A stretch of DNA of 35,796 nucleotides from a virus (Duplodnaviria > Caudoviricetes). The notes beneath the pieces were generated by a model that searched no databases, had not been told where the DNA came from, and saw only the letters and a program-made list of their open reading frames with translations. Position numbers and translations under genes: made by a program. This document shows, piece after piece, positions 27,239 to 35,273 of the stretch (position 1 is its first letter; each line of letters opens with the position of its first letter). The DNA is taken from IMG/VR virus record IMGVR_UViG_3300043414_001159, positions 1-35,796 of that record. The stretch is one strand, 5' to 3'.

Positions 27239-27860
27239 TCTTTTACGTTTTAATAAAAAGCAAAAATATATTATTTTTGATACTGAAACTGAGGGGCTTA
27301 GTCTAGCATTAACTAGACCTTGGCAACTTTCTTGGCTAGTATATGAAGATGGTAAAATTACAAAAAATGAAGATCATCTTTTATATTGGAAAGATTTAAA
27401 TATTTCAGCTGACGCGGCAAGAATTACTCATTTTGATTATAATAATTGGAAAGAAAAAGCCAAAGATCCATTAACTATTCTCAAAAAATTTGAAGAGCAT
27501 CTTTACAATCCAGAATATTTGATTGTGGGAGCAAATCTTTTTGGTTTTGACGTATATGTAATTAATTCTCTTCGAAAACATTTGGGTTTAGACTCTGATT
27601 ATTCTTATATTGATAGAGTTCTTGATATACAATGTATTCAAAAGGGTATATATTTAGGACTCAAAGCTATTCCAGAAAATAGAACAGCTTGGCAATATCA
27701 AATGTACCACTATGTTAAAAAAGGAGTTAAGACTTCAGTAAAACATTTATGTGGACTATATGATGTTGAATATAATGAACTTAAAGCACATGATGCAGTC
27801 TACGACAATGAAAGATGTTTAGAAATCTTTAAGAAACAAATCCTAACAATTGAAATATGA
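27228..27860 (+). CDS. DEDDh 3'-5' exonuclease (DnaQ/epsilon-like)
   Basis: ExoI FDTETEGL, ExoII GANLFGFD, ExoIII HDAVYD. Confidence 0.9.
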   Translation: MQSNLLRFNKKQKYIIFDTETEGLSLALTRPWQLSWLVYEDGKITKNEDHLLYWKDLNISADAARITHFDYNNWKEKAKDPLTILKKFEEHLYNPEYLIVGANLFGFDVYVINSLRKHLGLDSDYSYIDRVLDIQCIQKGIYLGLKAIPENRTAWQYQMYHYVKKGVKTSVKHLCGLYDVEYNELKAHDAVYDNERCLEIFKKQILTIEI

Positions 27861-30385
27861 GTTTTACAGAACAGTTTAAAAATATTGAAATGAAGAATGT
27901 CAACCTCGTAAGGTTGCCTAATATTTCATTTACAAAAGAAGAAAAGGGTAAATTTGCTGAAACAGAAGATAACGAGAAGTTTCTTCAACAATTAGTAAAT
28001 GACGGATGGAGAAAATTTCGTGATAAAATCCCTGAGAATAAAAAGAAAGAATATCTTGATCGTATTAAAGAAGAATTTGATATTGTTAAAGATCTTGGGT
28101 TTATTGATTATTTTCTTTTAGTCTGGCGCGTTATTAATAAGGCGCGTAGTCTTGGAGCATTTATTGACTGGGGTCGTGGTAGCGCGGCAGGTAGTCTAAT
28201 TTTCTATTTAATTGGGGTTACTGGCGTTGACCCTATTGATAAGAAATTATTTTTTACGCGGTTTATATCCAAGGCTCGGGCCAAGAAGGAAGTTATTGAT
28301 GGGGTTACGTATATTCAAGGCGATCTTGCTCCAGACGTTGATATTAATCTCGGCGGTGTTCGTGACGAGATTATTGAATGGTTAAAAGAATGTTACCCAA
28401 ATAAAGTGTGTAAGATTTCTTCTCTATCAACATTTTCTGGTAAAATCCTTGTCAAAGATGTTTACAAGATTGTTAACGAAGCAACGGAAGAACAGGCTAG
28501 TAACTTGGCAGATACTATTGGTAAAGTTTTCGGTGTTGTTGAAGATATTGAAGATTCTTATAAGAATAGTGAGAAATTCCGCGATTGGGCAGATGGATAT
28601 AAGGAGTCTTACGAAATTGCCTTAAAACTTCGTGGACTTATTCGTGGTAAGTCTACTCATGCAAGTGGATATTTTCTTTCATACTATCCGTTAGATAAAT
28701 TTGTTCCAATTGAAAAGAATAAAGAGGGAGAGTTGGCTATTTCTTATGAGATGAATACTGCTGCAAAATTTGGTATTAAATTGGACCTATTGGGACTTAT
28801 CAGTAATGAAATTATTAAGAATGTCTTTGAACAGATCGCAGAGAAGTTTGAAGATATTAATCTTGATGACAATATTGAGGTTTATCAACATTTACAGGAT
28901 GACAAATTGCTTCCTTATGGTTTATATCAGATTAGTGCAGATTGTGCTTACCGTGTTTGTAAGAACATTAAACCAGCAAATATTAGCCAATTGAGTGACG
29001 TTAATGCTATAGCTCGACCTGGGGCGTTAGCCTATGAAAAGCATTATGTTGATTTTACAGGGGAAGCTCCGCATGAAAAATTGCGTGAAGTATTTTTAGA
29101 GTCACGTAATCTTCCCCTATATCAAGAGCAATTAATTCAAGCCCTTGTTACGGTTGGATTTACAGCTGACGAGTCTGAATATATTAGGCGTATTATTGGT
29201 AAGAAAAAGCGCGATGAGATGCCTAAGTGGAAGGACAAAGTATTTCAAACCTGTGAGGCTAATGGGTTTGGAGAGCAAGTGGCCGAAGCGATTTGGAAAG
29301 TCATGTTGGATTCTGCAGATTATTCCTTTAATAAATCGCATTCCTATTGTGTTGCATATCTTGGGGCTTTAACTGTTTACCTAAAGTATAAATATCCTTT
29401 AGAGTTCTTTACGTCATGTCTAAATGCCATCCAAAAACTTGTAGATCCAATGGAGGAAATTCGTCTAATTGAACGTGAACTACCTTATTTTAATATTAAA
29501 CTCCTACCGCCGCATCTGTTGAAGTCTGAAATGGGATTTACAGTCGAAGGTCCGAATATCCGTTTTGGATTGAGCGCAATCAAAGGTATTTCAGATAGCG
29601 CAATGGAAAAATTAGTTAAATTCCGTGGAGAGTATGATAGTAAGATAGATTGTTTTATGGCAGCGAAACAGGCTGGTTTAAATATTGGAGTAGTATCTTC
29701 ACTTATCCAAGCTGGTTCTTTGGATGAACTAAACACTAAACGTAGTCGTCTTGTTCTCGAAGCTCAGACATTTAATATTTTAACTGATCGTGAAAAACGC
29801 TTGGTTAAAACAATTCACGACCAGACAGATCAAAAGGATATTCTAACCATTTTAACGATTCTTGTCGAAAAGAATCAAGTTAAAGCCTCGCGCTTTGAAA
29901 CGATTAAAAAGAAATATAATCCATATAAAGAAATCTATATGTTGAATAGTCGTAATGAAGACCTAACAAACTATTTTTATGAGAAGAATTGTTTGGGGTT
30001 TAGTTATAGTCAAAATTTAACCAAGATTTTTAAGAATATTAATCCCAATTTTAAAACTATTAGATATGCATTTGAGAATTGCGAGGAGAACGATCAAGTA
30101 CTTATTATTGGGGAGATTCTAGAAACTCGTCAGTCCAAATCTCGTAATGGTAATAAATTTTTTAAAGCTGGAGTAGCTGACGATACAGGAAAGGTTTCCG
30201 TATTACTTTTTGATGGTCAACGCGGACTATTTCAAGAATGTAAAGATGAGAATAAAGGTAATTTCCCAGAAGAGGGCGATATTGTCATTGTTAAAGGGCG
30301 GCTTAAGGGTGATGACGCTATTTTTGCAGATAAAATTGTAAAACAGGACTGTAAGATATATAAGAATATGCGGGATTTAAAGTAA
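27857..30385 (+). CDS. dnaE: DNA polymerase III alpha catalytic core (lacks PHP) with C-terminal OB fold
   Basis: YLDRIKEE, GFIDYFL, GRGSAAGSL, PDVDIN, HASG, KLDLLGL, YQEQ, YSFNKSHS, IRFGLSAIKGI, C-terminal OB fold. Confidence 0.95.
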   Translation: MSFTEQFKNIEMKNVNLVRLPNISFTKEEKGKFAETEDNEKFLQQLVNDGWRKFRDKIPENKKKEYLDRIKEEFDIVKDLGFIDYFLLVWRVINKARSLGAFIDWGRGSAAGSLIFYLIGVTGVDPIDKKLFFTRFISKARAKKEVIDGVTYIQGDLAPDVDINLGGVRDEIIEWLKECYPNKVCKISSLSTFSGKILVKDVYKIVNEATEEQASNLADTIGKVFGVVEDIEDSYKNSEKFRDWADGYKESYEIALKLRGLIRGKSTHASGYFLSYYPLDKFVPIEKNKEGELAISYEMNTAAKFGIKLDLLGLISNEIIKNVFEQIAEKFEDINLDDNIEVYQHLQDDKLLPYGLYQISADCAYRVCKNIKPANISQLSDVNAIARPGALAYEKHYVDFTGEAPHEKLREVFLESRNLPLYQEQLIQALVTVGFTADESEYIRRIIGKKKRDEMPKWKDKVFQTCEANGFGEQVAEAIWKVMLDSADYSFNKSHSYCVAYLGALTVYLKYKYPLEFFTSCLNAIQKLVDPMEEIRLIERELPYFNIKLLPPHLLKSEMGFTVEGPNIRFGLSAIKGISDSAMEKLVKFRGEYDSKIDCFMAAKQAGLNIGVVSSLIQAGSLDELNTKRSRLVLEAQTFNILTDREKRLVKTIHDQTDQKDILTILTILVEKNQVKASRFETIKKKYNPYKEIYMLNSRNEDLTNYFYEKNCLGFSYSQNLTKIFKNINPNFKTIRYAFENCEENDQVLIIGEILETRQSKSRNGNKFFKAGVADDTGKVSVLLFDGQRGLFQECKDENKGNFPEEGDIVIVKGRLKGDDAIFADKIVKQDCKIYKNMRDLK

Positions 30386-30391
30386 ATATAG

Positions 30392-30397
30392 GTGTAA
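30392..30397 (+). promoter_or_regulatory. Candidate phage-specific promoter motif GTGTAA
   Basis: GGTGTAAT with the ATG at 30408 10 nt after GTGTAA. Confidence 0.45.
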
Positions 30398-30407
30398 TAC
30401 TATAATC

Positions 30408-31133
30408 ATGCCGCTTCCAAAACCTAAAAAGAAAGAAAAACAGGGCGATTTTATTTCACGTTGTGCTGGTGATACGACGATGAATAAAGACTTTCCAGAA
30501 ACCAAGCAACGTGTCGCAGTTTGCTATTCGCAATGGAAAGACGCTAAAGCTAGCGCAATGGCAAGTTTTGGAGATGGAGAGAATGAAGTTTTATTTGAAT
30601 GTCCAGAGTGCGTACAAGCCGCACAAAAAACTTATAGTGGTAAAAAGCGTAGCGATCTTAAAGATAGTGATTTTCTTTTTCCAGCTACCCGCAGTTTTCC
30701 CATTGTAAGTCCACAAGACGTTCGTGATGCAATTAGTAATTATGGACGTATGGGCGGTAAAATGTCATATGATGCTTTTGTTAAAAAGCTTTATAATAAA
30801 GCGCGCAGCAAGGGCCAAGAATTTGTTAATGCTATTCCAGAAAAAACTCGTAAAGAACATAAGCTAACAGCTTCTGAAGATTCTTTAGAAGAGTATAAAA
30901 ATGAGTTTATTGAAATGGCCTTGGGTTCAATCGCGGTTATTGCCGATCATGCAAAAGAAATTATTGATAATGCTAATGATCCAAAAGTAAAAGAAAATTT
31001 ATCAGAACCATTTTTACAACAACAGATTGCCTTGGCTGAAGATTATATGATGACTATTAGTAATTATGTAATGTATTCCCAAGAATCTGATCAAGAAATA
31101 GATTTAACCGAACCAAATACAAATTTAGAATAA
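30408..31133 (+). CDS. Modular hypothetical protein (N-terminal FISRC...AVCY module, DUF6582-like module, acidic helical module)
   Basis: MPLPKP...DFISRC...QRVAVCYSQW; KRSDLKDSDFLFP..RSFPI....VRDAI. Confidence 0.6.
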   Translation: MPLPKPKKKEKQGDFISRCAGDTTMNKDFPETKQRVAVCYSQWKDAKASAMASFGDGENEVLFECPECVQAAQKTYSGKKRSDLKDSDFLFPATRSFPIVSPQDVRDAISNYGRMGGKMSYDAFVKKLYNKARSKGQEFVNAIPEKTRKEHKLTASEDSLEEYKNEFIEMALGSIAVIADHAKEIIDNANDPKVKENLSEPFLQQQIALAEDYMMTISNYVMYSQESDQEIDLTEPNTNLE

Positions 31134-31141
31134 TTAAAAAT

Positions 31142-31531
31142 ATGAAAACAGAAATTAAAGCCGACGCCGCTAGCGCAGGAACATACATCGCCACTCTTTT
31201 AAATGCGGGAACTTCCTTGCATTATTTACATTTTAGAACTCGTAGCTTCTCTGTTCATGAAGCTCTTGGCGACTTATATGAGGGTGTTATTGGATTCGCA
31301 GACACACTAACTGAAGCCTATCAAGGTCGTCATCAAGTTATTCTTGATTTCCCTTCCCAGTCGGTAACAATGCCAACAAATGAATTAGAATTTGTTTTAA
31401 AGCTCCATTCTTATGTAATTAATGCAAGATACTCTTTTGCACCAGCTGAAGAGACTGAATTGCAAAATATTATTGATGAATTGATTGGAGCTATTGATAA
31501 AGCTGCTTATAAAATTAAATTTTTAGCTTAA
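31142..31531 (+). CDS. Ferritin/Dps-like four-helix protein (DUF5856-like)
   Basis: HYLHFRTRSFSVHEALGDLYE...D.LTEAYQG; ELQNIIDE...Y. Confidence 0.75.
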   Translation: MKTEIKADAASAGTYIATLLNAGTSLHYLHFRTRSFSVHEALGDLYEGVIGFADTLTEAYQGRHQVILDFPSQSVTMPTNELEFVLKLHSYVINARYSFAPAEETELQNIIDELIGAIDKAAYKIKFLA

Positions 31532-31535
31532 TTAA

Positions 31536-32087
31536 ATGAAAGTAATCTATAAAAAAAAATTTATAGGTAATCAAGAAATTTTACTGGTTTCTTATTCTAG
31601 TGGATGTGAAGAATGTGGAACTGAAGAAGAATTAAATGAAGATAATTTTTACATACCCTCTGAATCAGAATACATAACCGCAGAAGAGGTTGATTTTGAA
31701 GAATCGGAAGTTGTTGAAATTGATGCTGGTGGACTCTGGGAAAATATAAGAAAGAAAAAGACTAGGGAGGGTAAAAATTATAAGCCTGCAAAACCTGGTG
31801 ATAAAGATCGCCCTTCTAAAGAAGCTTGGAAAAAAGCTCAAGCATCAGAATATCAAGGCAGAAAAGTTCAATTAAATAAACCTTTCAGAACTCCAGGTGG
31901 CCCCAAAAAGTTTTCCGTTTATGTTAAAAATGATAAAGGAAATGTTGTAAAAGTTAATTTTGGCGACCCAAACATGACGATTAAAAAGAATATCCCAGCG
32001 CGCAGAAGAAGTTTTCGCGCTCGTATGAGATGTGATAATCCTGGCCCAAAATATAAAGCTAGATATTGGGCGTGTAAGAGTTGGTAA
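31536..32087 (+). CDS. Modular phage protein: acidic N-terminal part plus two basic modules
   Basis: GLWENIRKKK...KPGDKDRPSKEAWKKA and EYQGRKVQLNKP...VKVNFGDPNM...RRRSFRAR..C...ARYWAC..W, modules I recognise from large phages. Confidence 0.65.
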   Translation: MKVIYKKKFIGNQEILLVSYSSGCEECGTEEELNEDNFYIPSESEYITAEEVDFEESEVVEIDAGGLWENIRKKKTREGKNYKPAKPGDKDRPSKEAWKKAQASEYQGRKVQLNKPFRTPGGPKKFSVYVKNDKGNVVKVNFGDPNMTIKKNIPARRRSFRARMRCDNPGPKYKARYWACKSW

Positions 32088-32094
32088 GTTTACC

Positions 32095-32122
32095 TTGACT
32101 AAACATAAAATACTGTTACTAT
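32095..32122 (+). promoter_or_regulatory. sigma70-type promoter, leaderless
   Basis: TTGACT-16 nt-TACTAT; ATG 7 nt downstream. Confidence 0.6.
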
Positions 32123-32129
32123 AGGAATT

Positions 32130-32426
32130 ATGATAGTAACATGGACAGCAAAAGGCGCGGATTGGAAACAATCTATTAAAGCAGGTATTGACTCTAATCC
32201 AGGAGAAATTGCTACACAATGTGTTGAAAATTTAATGACATCTCTTAAAGATGAAGACGATGAAGCTAGTTTTGGAGCGATAATCGGTATTAGCCATTCA
32301 CGAATGAAAAGTGATGATGAACATTATTTTATGTACGCCCCACTCGTTCTTGCCAATGCTGGATTTTATGAAGATGCAGAGGCTTTAGAAAAAGCTATAG
32401 ATCTTGATGCTCATATTAAAGAATGA
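32130..32426 (+). CDS. Acidic hypothetical protein
   Basis: 98 aa; own promoter; ATGA-coupled to the next gene. Confidence 0.7.
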   Translation: MIVTWTAKGADWKQSIKAGIDSNPGEIATQCVENLMTSLKDEDDEASFGAIIGISHSRMKSDDEHYFMYAPLVLANAGFYEDAEALEKAIDLDAHIKE

Positions 32427-33658
32427 AAGAATCATTAACCTATGATGAGTATAGAGAGATTATGGAGTCTCTTATTGAACATCATGGAATATTTTATCAA
32501 TTTTGGAGAATATGTAAACCAGTATTTTCTAATGAAGTCCCAACTGCTTGTGTAGGTTTTGATAAAGACGCTAATTGTATTGAATTTTTAATTAATAAAA
32601 AGTTTTGGAATAAACAATCTGAACACAATAAAAAATTTGTAATTGCCCATGAATGTATTCATGTTATACATTCCCATGGAAAACGTGCTGGTAAAAAAAT
32701 GTCCGCTGCTGCTAATCAAGCAATGGACATTGTGGTTAACGAATCACTTATTAAATATTTCGGATTTGATCGTAAACAGTTTGACCCAAAAAATCAATAC
32801 TATTGGCTAGACACAAGTTTCGATAAAAAAGACAACGTATTGCCTTGGAATAATTTTGAATACTACTATAACCTTTTGCTTAAAGATAGTAAAAAAATAA
32901 AAAATAAACAATTAGTCAGTGATCATGGTGGCCTTGGAGATATTCCAGAAGATAGCGCTCAAGAAATTATTAATCAATTGAGTGAAGAAGAAACTGAAAC
33001 ACTTAAAAATATAACAGAAGATGCGGAAAAAAATAGCCGCAAAAATAAAAAACAAATCGGTAATACAAAAGGCGGGTTGATTCAAAAATTAGATAATAAA
33101 GCGGTTCCCGTAAAAAAGAAATGGGAAACAATTATTAAACGTTTTGAAAAGAAAATGACCAGAGATGAATCGCTTGAGAATCATTGGATAATGAAAGACA
33201 GGCGACTTTTTAATTTAAATTTTGATATATTTTTGCCATCTGATATTGAACAAACCGTAAGAAAAACTGAATCTAATAAAATCGCAACTTGGTTTTTTAT
33301 GGATACTAGTGGATCTTGTTGGAATTTAGCACCACGATTCTTTCGTGCCGCTAAAAGTTTAAATCCAGATAAATTTGATGTGCAATTTTTTGCATTTGAT
33401 ACAGATGTTTATAAAGTTGATTTAAAAAAAAATAAAGTAGATGGTGGCGGTGGAACTAGTTTCCGATGCATTACGGATTATGTGTATAAAAAACATGCAC
33501 AAAATCCTTACGTTTGGGTTATCACTGATGGATGGGGTCATGGAGCAAGTATTCCAGAAGACCAACGTAAAAAATGGAATTGGTTTTTGACGAGTGATGG
33601 AACAAGTGCCTATATACCAAATGGTTGCAAAATTCATTCTTTAAAAGATTTTGAGTAG
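32423..33658 (+). CDS. DUF2201-type HExxH metallopeptidase-like domain plus VWA domain
   Basis: VPTACV, FVIAHECIHV...H, NQAMDIVVN; MIDAS MDTSGS, FDT, GGGGTSF, ITDG. Confidence 0.88.
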   Translation: MKESLTYDEYREIMESLIEHHGIFYQFWRICKPVFSNEVPTACVGFDKDANCIEFLINKKFWNKQSEHNKKFVIAHECIHVIHSHGKRAGKKMSAAANQAMDIVVNESLIKYFGFDRKQFDPKNQYYWLDTSFDKKDNVLPWNNFEYYYNLLLKDSKKIKNKQLVSDHGGLGDIPEDSAQEIINQLSEEETETLKNITEDAEKNSRKNKKQIGNTKGGLIQKLDNKAVPVKKKWETIIKRFEKKMTRDESLENHWIMKDRRLFNLNFDIFLPSDIEQTVRKTESNKIATWFFMDTSGSCWNLAPRFFRAAKSLNPDKFDVQFFAFDTDVYKVDLKKNKVDGGGGTSFRCITDYVYKKHAQNPYVWVITDGWGHGASIPEDQRKKWNWFLTSDGTSAYIPNGCKIHSLKDFE

Positions 33659-33683
33659 ACTTTTATAAAAATATTCTTATAAT
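33656..33683 (+). promoter_or_regulatory. sigma70-type promoter, leaderless
   Basis: TAGACT-16 nt-TATAAT; ATG 6 nt downstream. Confidence 0.6.
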
Positions 33684-33689
33684 AACGAT

Positions 33690-34724
33690 ATGGCTAATGA
33701 TCTAGTAATGATTAAAAATAAATTAAATCAATATTTCAAATTGGGTAAAAATGTATTACTAGAAGGAAAGCACGGAACTGGTAAGACTAGCCTTGTTACG
33801 GAAGTATTTGATAAAAATTGTAAAAATTGGCTTTATTTTTCTGGATCTACTCTTGATCCTTGGGTAGATTTTATTGGCGTTCCCAAAGAAGTAAAACGTG
33901 GAAATGATTATGTATTATCATTTGTGCTACCAGAGAAAATGAGTGATGACAGTGTAGAAGCTATTTTTATTGATGAGTATAATCGTAGCCATAAAAAAGT
34001 TCGTAACGGCACAATGGAGTTAATTCAATTTAAAAGTATTAATGGGCGTAAATTTCCCAATTTAAAAGTAGTATGGGCGGCTATTAATCCTAATGATGAT
34101 GATGATGAAATTTATGATGTTGAAGCTCTAGATGGCGCTCAAACAGACCGTTTCCAAGTACAAATTAAAGTTCCATTTATTCCAGATTATGAATATTTTG
34201 TTCAAAAATTTGGACTAGAGCATACTAAATCTGCTCTTGAATGGTGGAATGGGATGCCAGATAAAGCTAAAAAAATGGTCTCCCCGCGCCGTTTAGATTA
34301 TGCCCTTGAAATATTTAGAGAGGGTGGAGATGTATTTGACGTTCTTCCGCTTGAAACAAATCCTACAAAACTCTTGGCGACCCTAAAGGTGGGTAGTCTA
34401 GAGGATAAATTAAAAAGTTTATTTAAAGCTAAAAATGCCGATAAAGCTAAAGCGTTCTTTGAACAGGAAAACAATTTCCAAGCCGCCTTACCTATTATTA
34501 AAAGAAACGACGAATATTTGAAGTTTTTCCTTCCAACTGTGGATAATGAAAGAATTTCATCTCTATTCTTTAGTGATAATAAATTTCGCCAATTTATTTT
34601 AGAACATGCACCATATTTTAAACCTGCTCTTGAAGAAATTTCTAAACTAAAATCCTTAAATAAGGGGGACTTGGGGCAAATTAACCAAGCTCTTAAACAA
34701 GTTGGTAATATTACTTATTTTTAA
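33690..34724 (+). CDS. MoxR-like AAA+ ATPase
   Basis: Walker A GKHGTGKT, DFIGVP, Walker B IFIDEYNR, AAINP, LDGAQTDRF, SPRR. Confidence 0.9.
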   Translation: MANDLVMIKNKLNQYFKLGKNVLLEGKHGTGKTSLVTEVFDKNCKNWLYFSGSTLDPWVDFIGVPKEVKRGNDYVLSFVLPEKMSDDSVEAIFIDEYNRSHKKVRNGTMELIQFKSINGRKFPNLKVVWAAINPNDDDDEIYDVEALDGAQTDRFQVQIKVPFIPDYEYFVQKFGLEHTKSALEWWNGMPDKAKKMVSPRRLDYALEIFREGGDVFDVLPLETNPTKLLATLKVGSLEDKLKSLFKAKNADKAKAFFEQENNFQAALPIIKRNDEYLKFFLPTVDNERISSLFFSDNKFRQFILEHAPYFKPALEEISKLKSLNKGDLGQINQALKQVGNITYF

Positions 34725-34909
34725 CAATAAAAAAGCTCTTTTAGAAAACTCCAACTAGCAGCACCAGCTACCCCAAGCTGTGCAGTAAAAGCTGCGGTAT
34801 GAGTTATCTGACCAAATAAAAGCAAAACAGATCCAGTAAGTAATAATAATGAAACAACTCCTAAAGTATTTAAACAATTATTAATTGCTTGCTTCATTTT
34901 TTTACTCAT
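34721..34909 (-). CDS. Small two-TM membrane protein (holin-like candidate)
   Basis: 62 aa, basic N-terminus and two hydrophobic segments. Confidence 0.5.
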   Translation of the reverse strand: MSKKMKQAINNCLNTLGVVSLLLLTGSVLLLFGQITHTAAFTAQLGVAGAASWSFLKELFYC

Positions 34910-34913
34910 AAAT

Positions 34914-35231
34914 TTAATTATTTTTATTGCTTAAAACGGCTACAGATCGTTCAATTTCTCTGAGCCTAATCTCAATAAGATCGAGAGTCTTATTTTGAGT
35001 ATTATCAATTTGATTTTTAATTTCTAATTGGCCTAAAATTAATTCAATTTTTTGAATTTGTTCTTGGCTTTTTTGAAATTCTGATCGGGTAATAAATGTA
35101 TTTTGTAGGTAAAGACTGGCGATCATAAAGCCTAAAATAGCCAATTTCCATATATTATCAAAAGATAAAAGTTCATGTAAAGTTATTGGTTTCGGGTTGT
35201 TATGAACCTTAATTTTATTAGAAGTAACCAT
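34914..35231 (-). CDS. Single-TM plus coiled-coil protein
   Basis: IWKLAILGFMIASLYL followed by a heptad-like helix ending IRLREIER. Confidence 0.6.
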   Translation of the reverse strand: MVTSNKIKVHNNPKPITLHELLSFDNIWKLAILGFMIASLYLQNTFITRSEFQKSQEQIQKIELILGQLEIKNQIDNTQNKTLDLIEIRLREIERSVAVLSNKNN

Positions 35232-35248
35232 ATCCTATGTAGTTAATA

Positions 35249-35253
35249 TTACA
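35249..35253 (-). promoter_or_regulatory. Candidate phage-specific promoter motif TGTAA
   Basis: Minus strand ATGTAAT, with TGTAA 17 nt before the ATG at 35231. Confidence 0.3.
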
Positions 35254-35273
35254 TTTAAAATCTTTGATATAAC

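Noticed and set aside
27215-27240. Programmed frameshift fusing PHP to the exonuclease
   Set aside because: It would need a +1 shift, no in-frame canonical slippery heptamer is present, and the exonuclease has its own ATG.
7163-30385. Inteins, introns or stop-codon reassignment in RNR, DnaB, RecA-like or DnaE genes
   Set aside because: Proteins have ordinary lengths and continuous motifs; TAA, TAG and TGA all end genes at sensible positions.
4193-33637. Short opposite-strand or alternate-frame ORFs (4193, 7868, 8951, 15931, 20487, 21626, 23490, 24536, 24540, 28770, 29132, 29145, 29485, 30511, 31872, 33422)
   Set aside because: All lie largely within strongly supported genes and show no recognisable motifs.
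34092-34108. (GAT)n microsatellite; also (TTA)n near 1108-1125
   Set aside because: Short in-frame Asp and Asn runs; no sign of phase variation.
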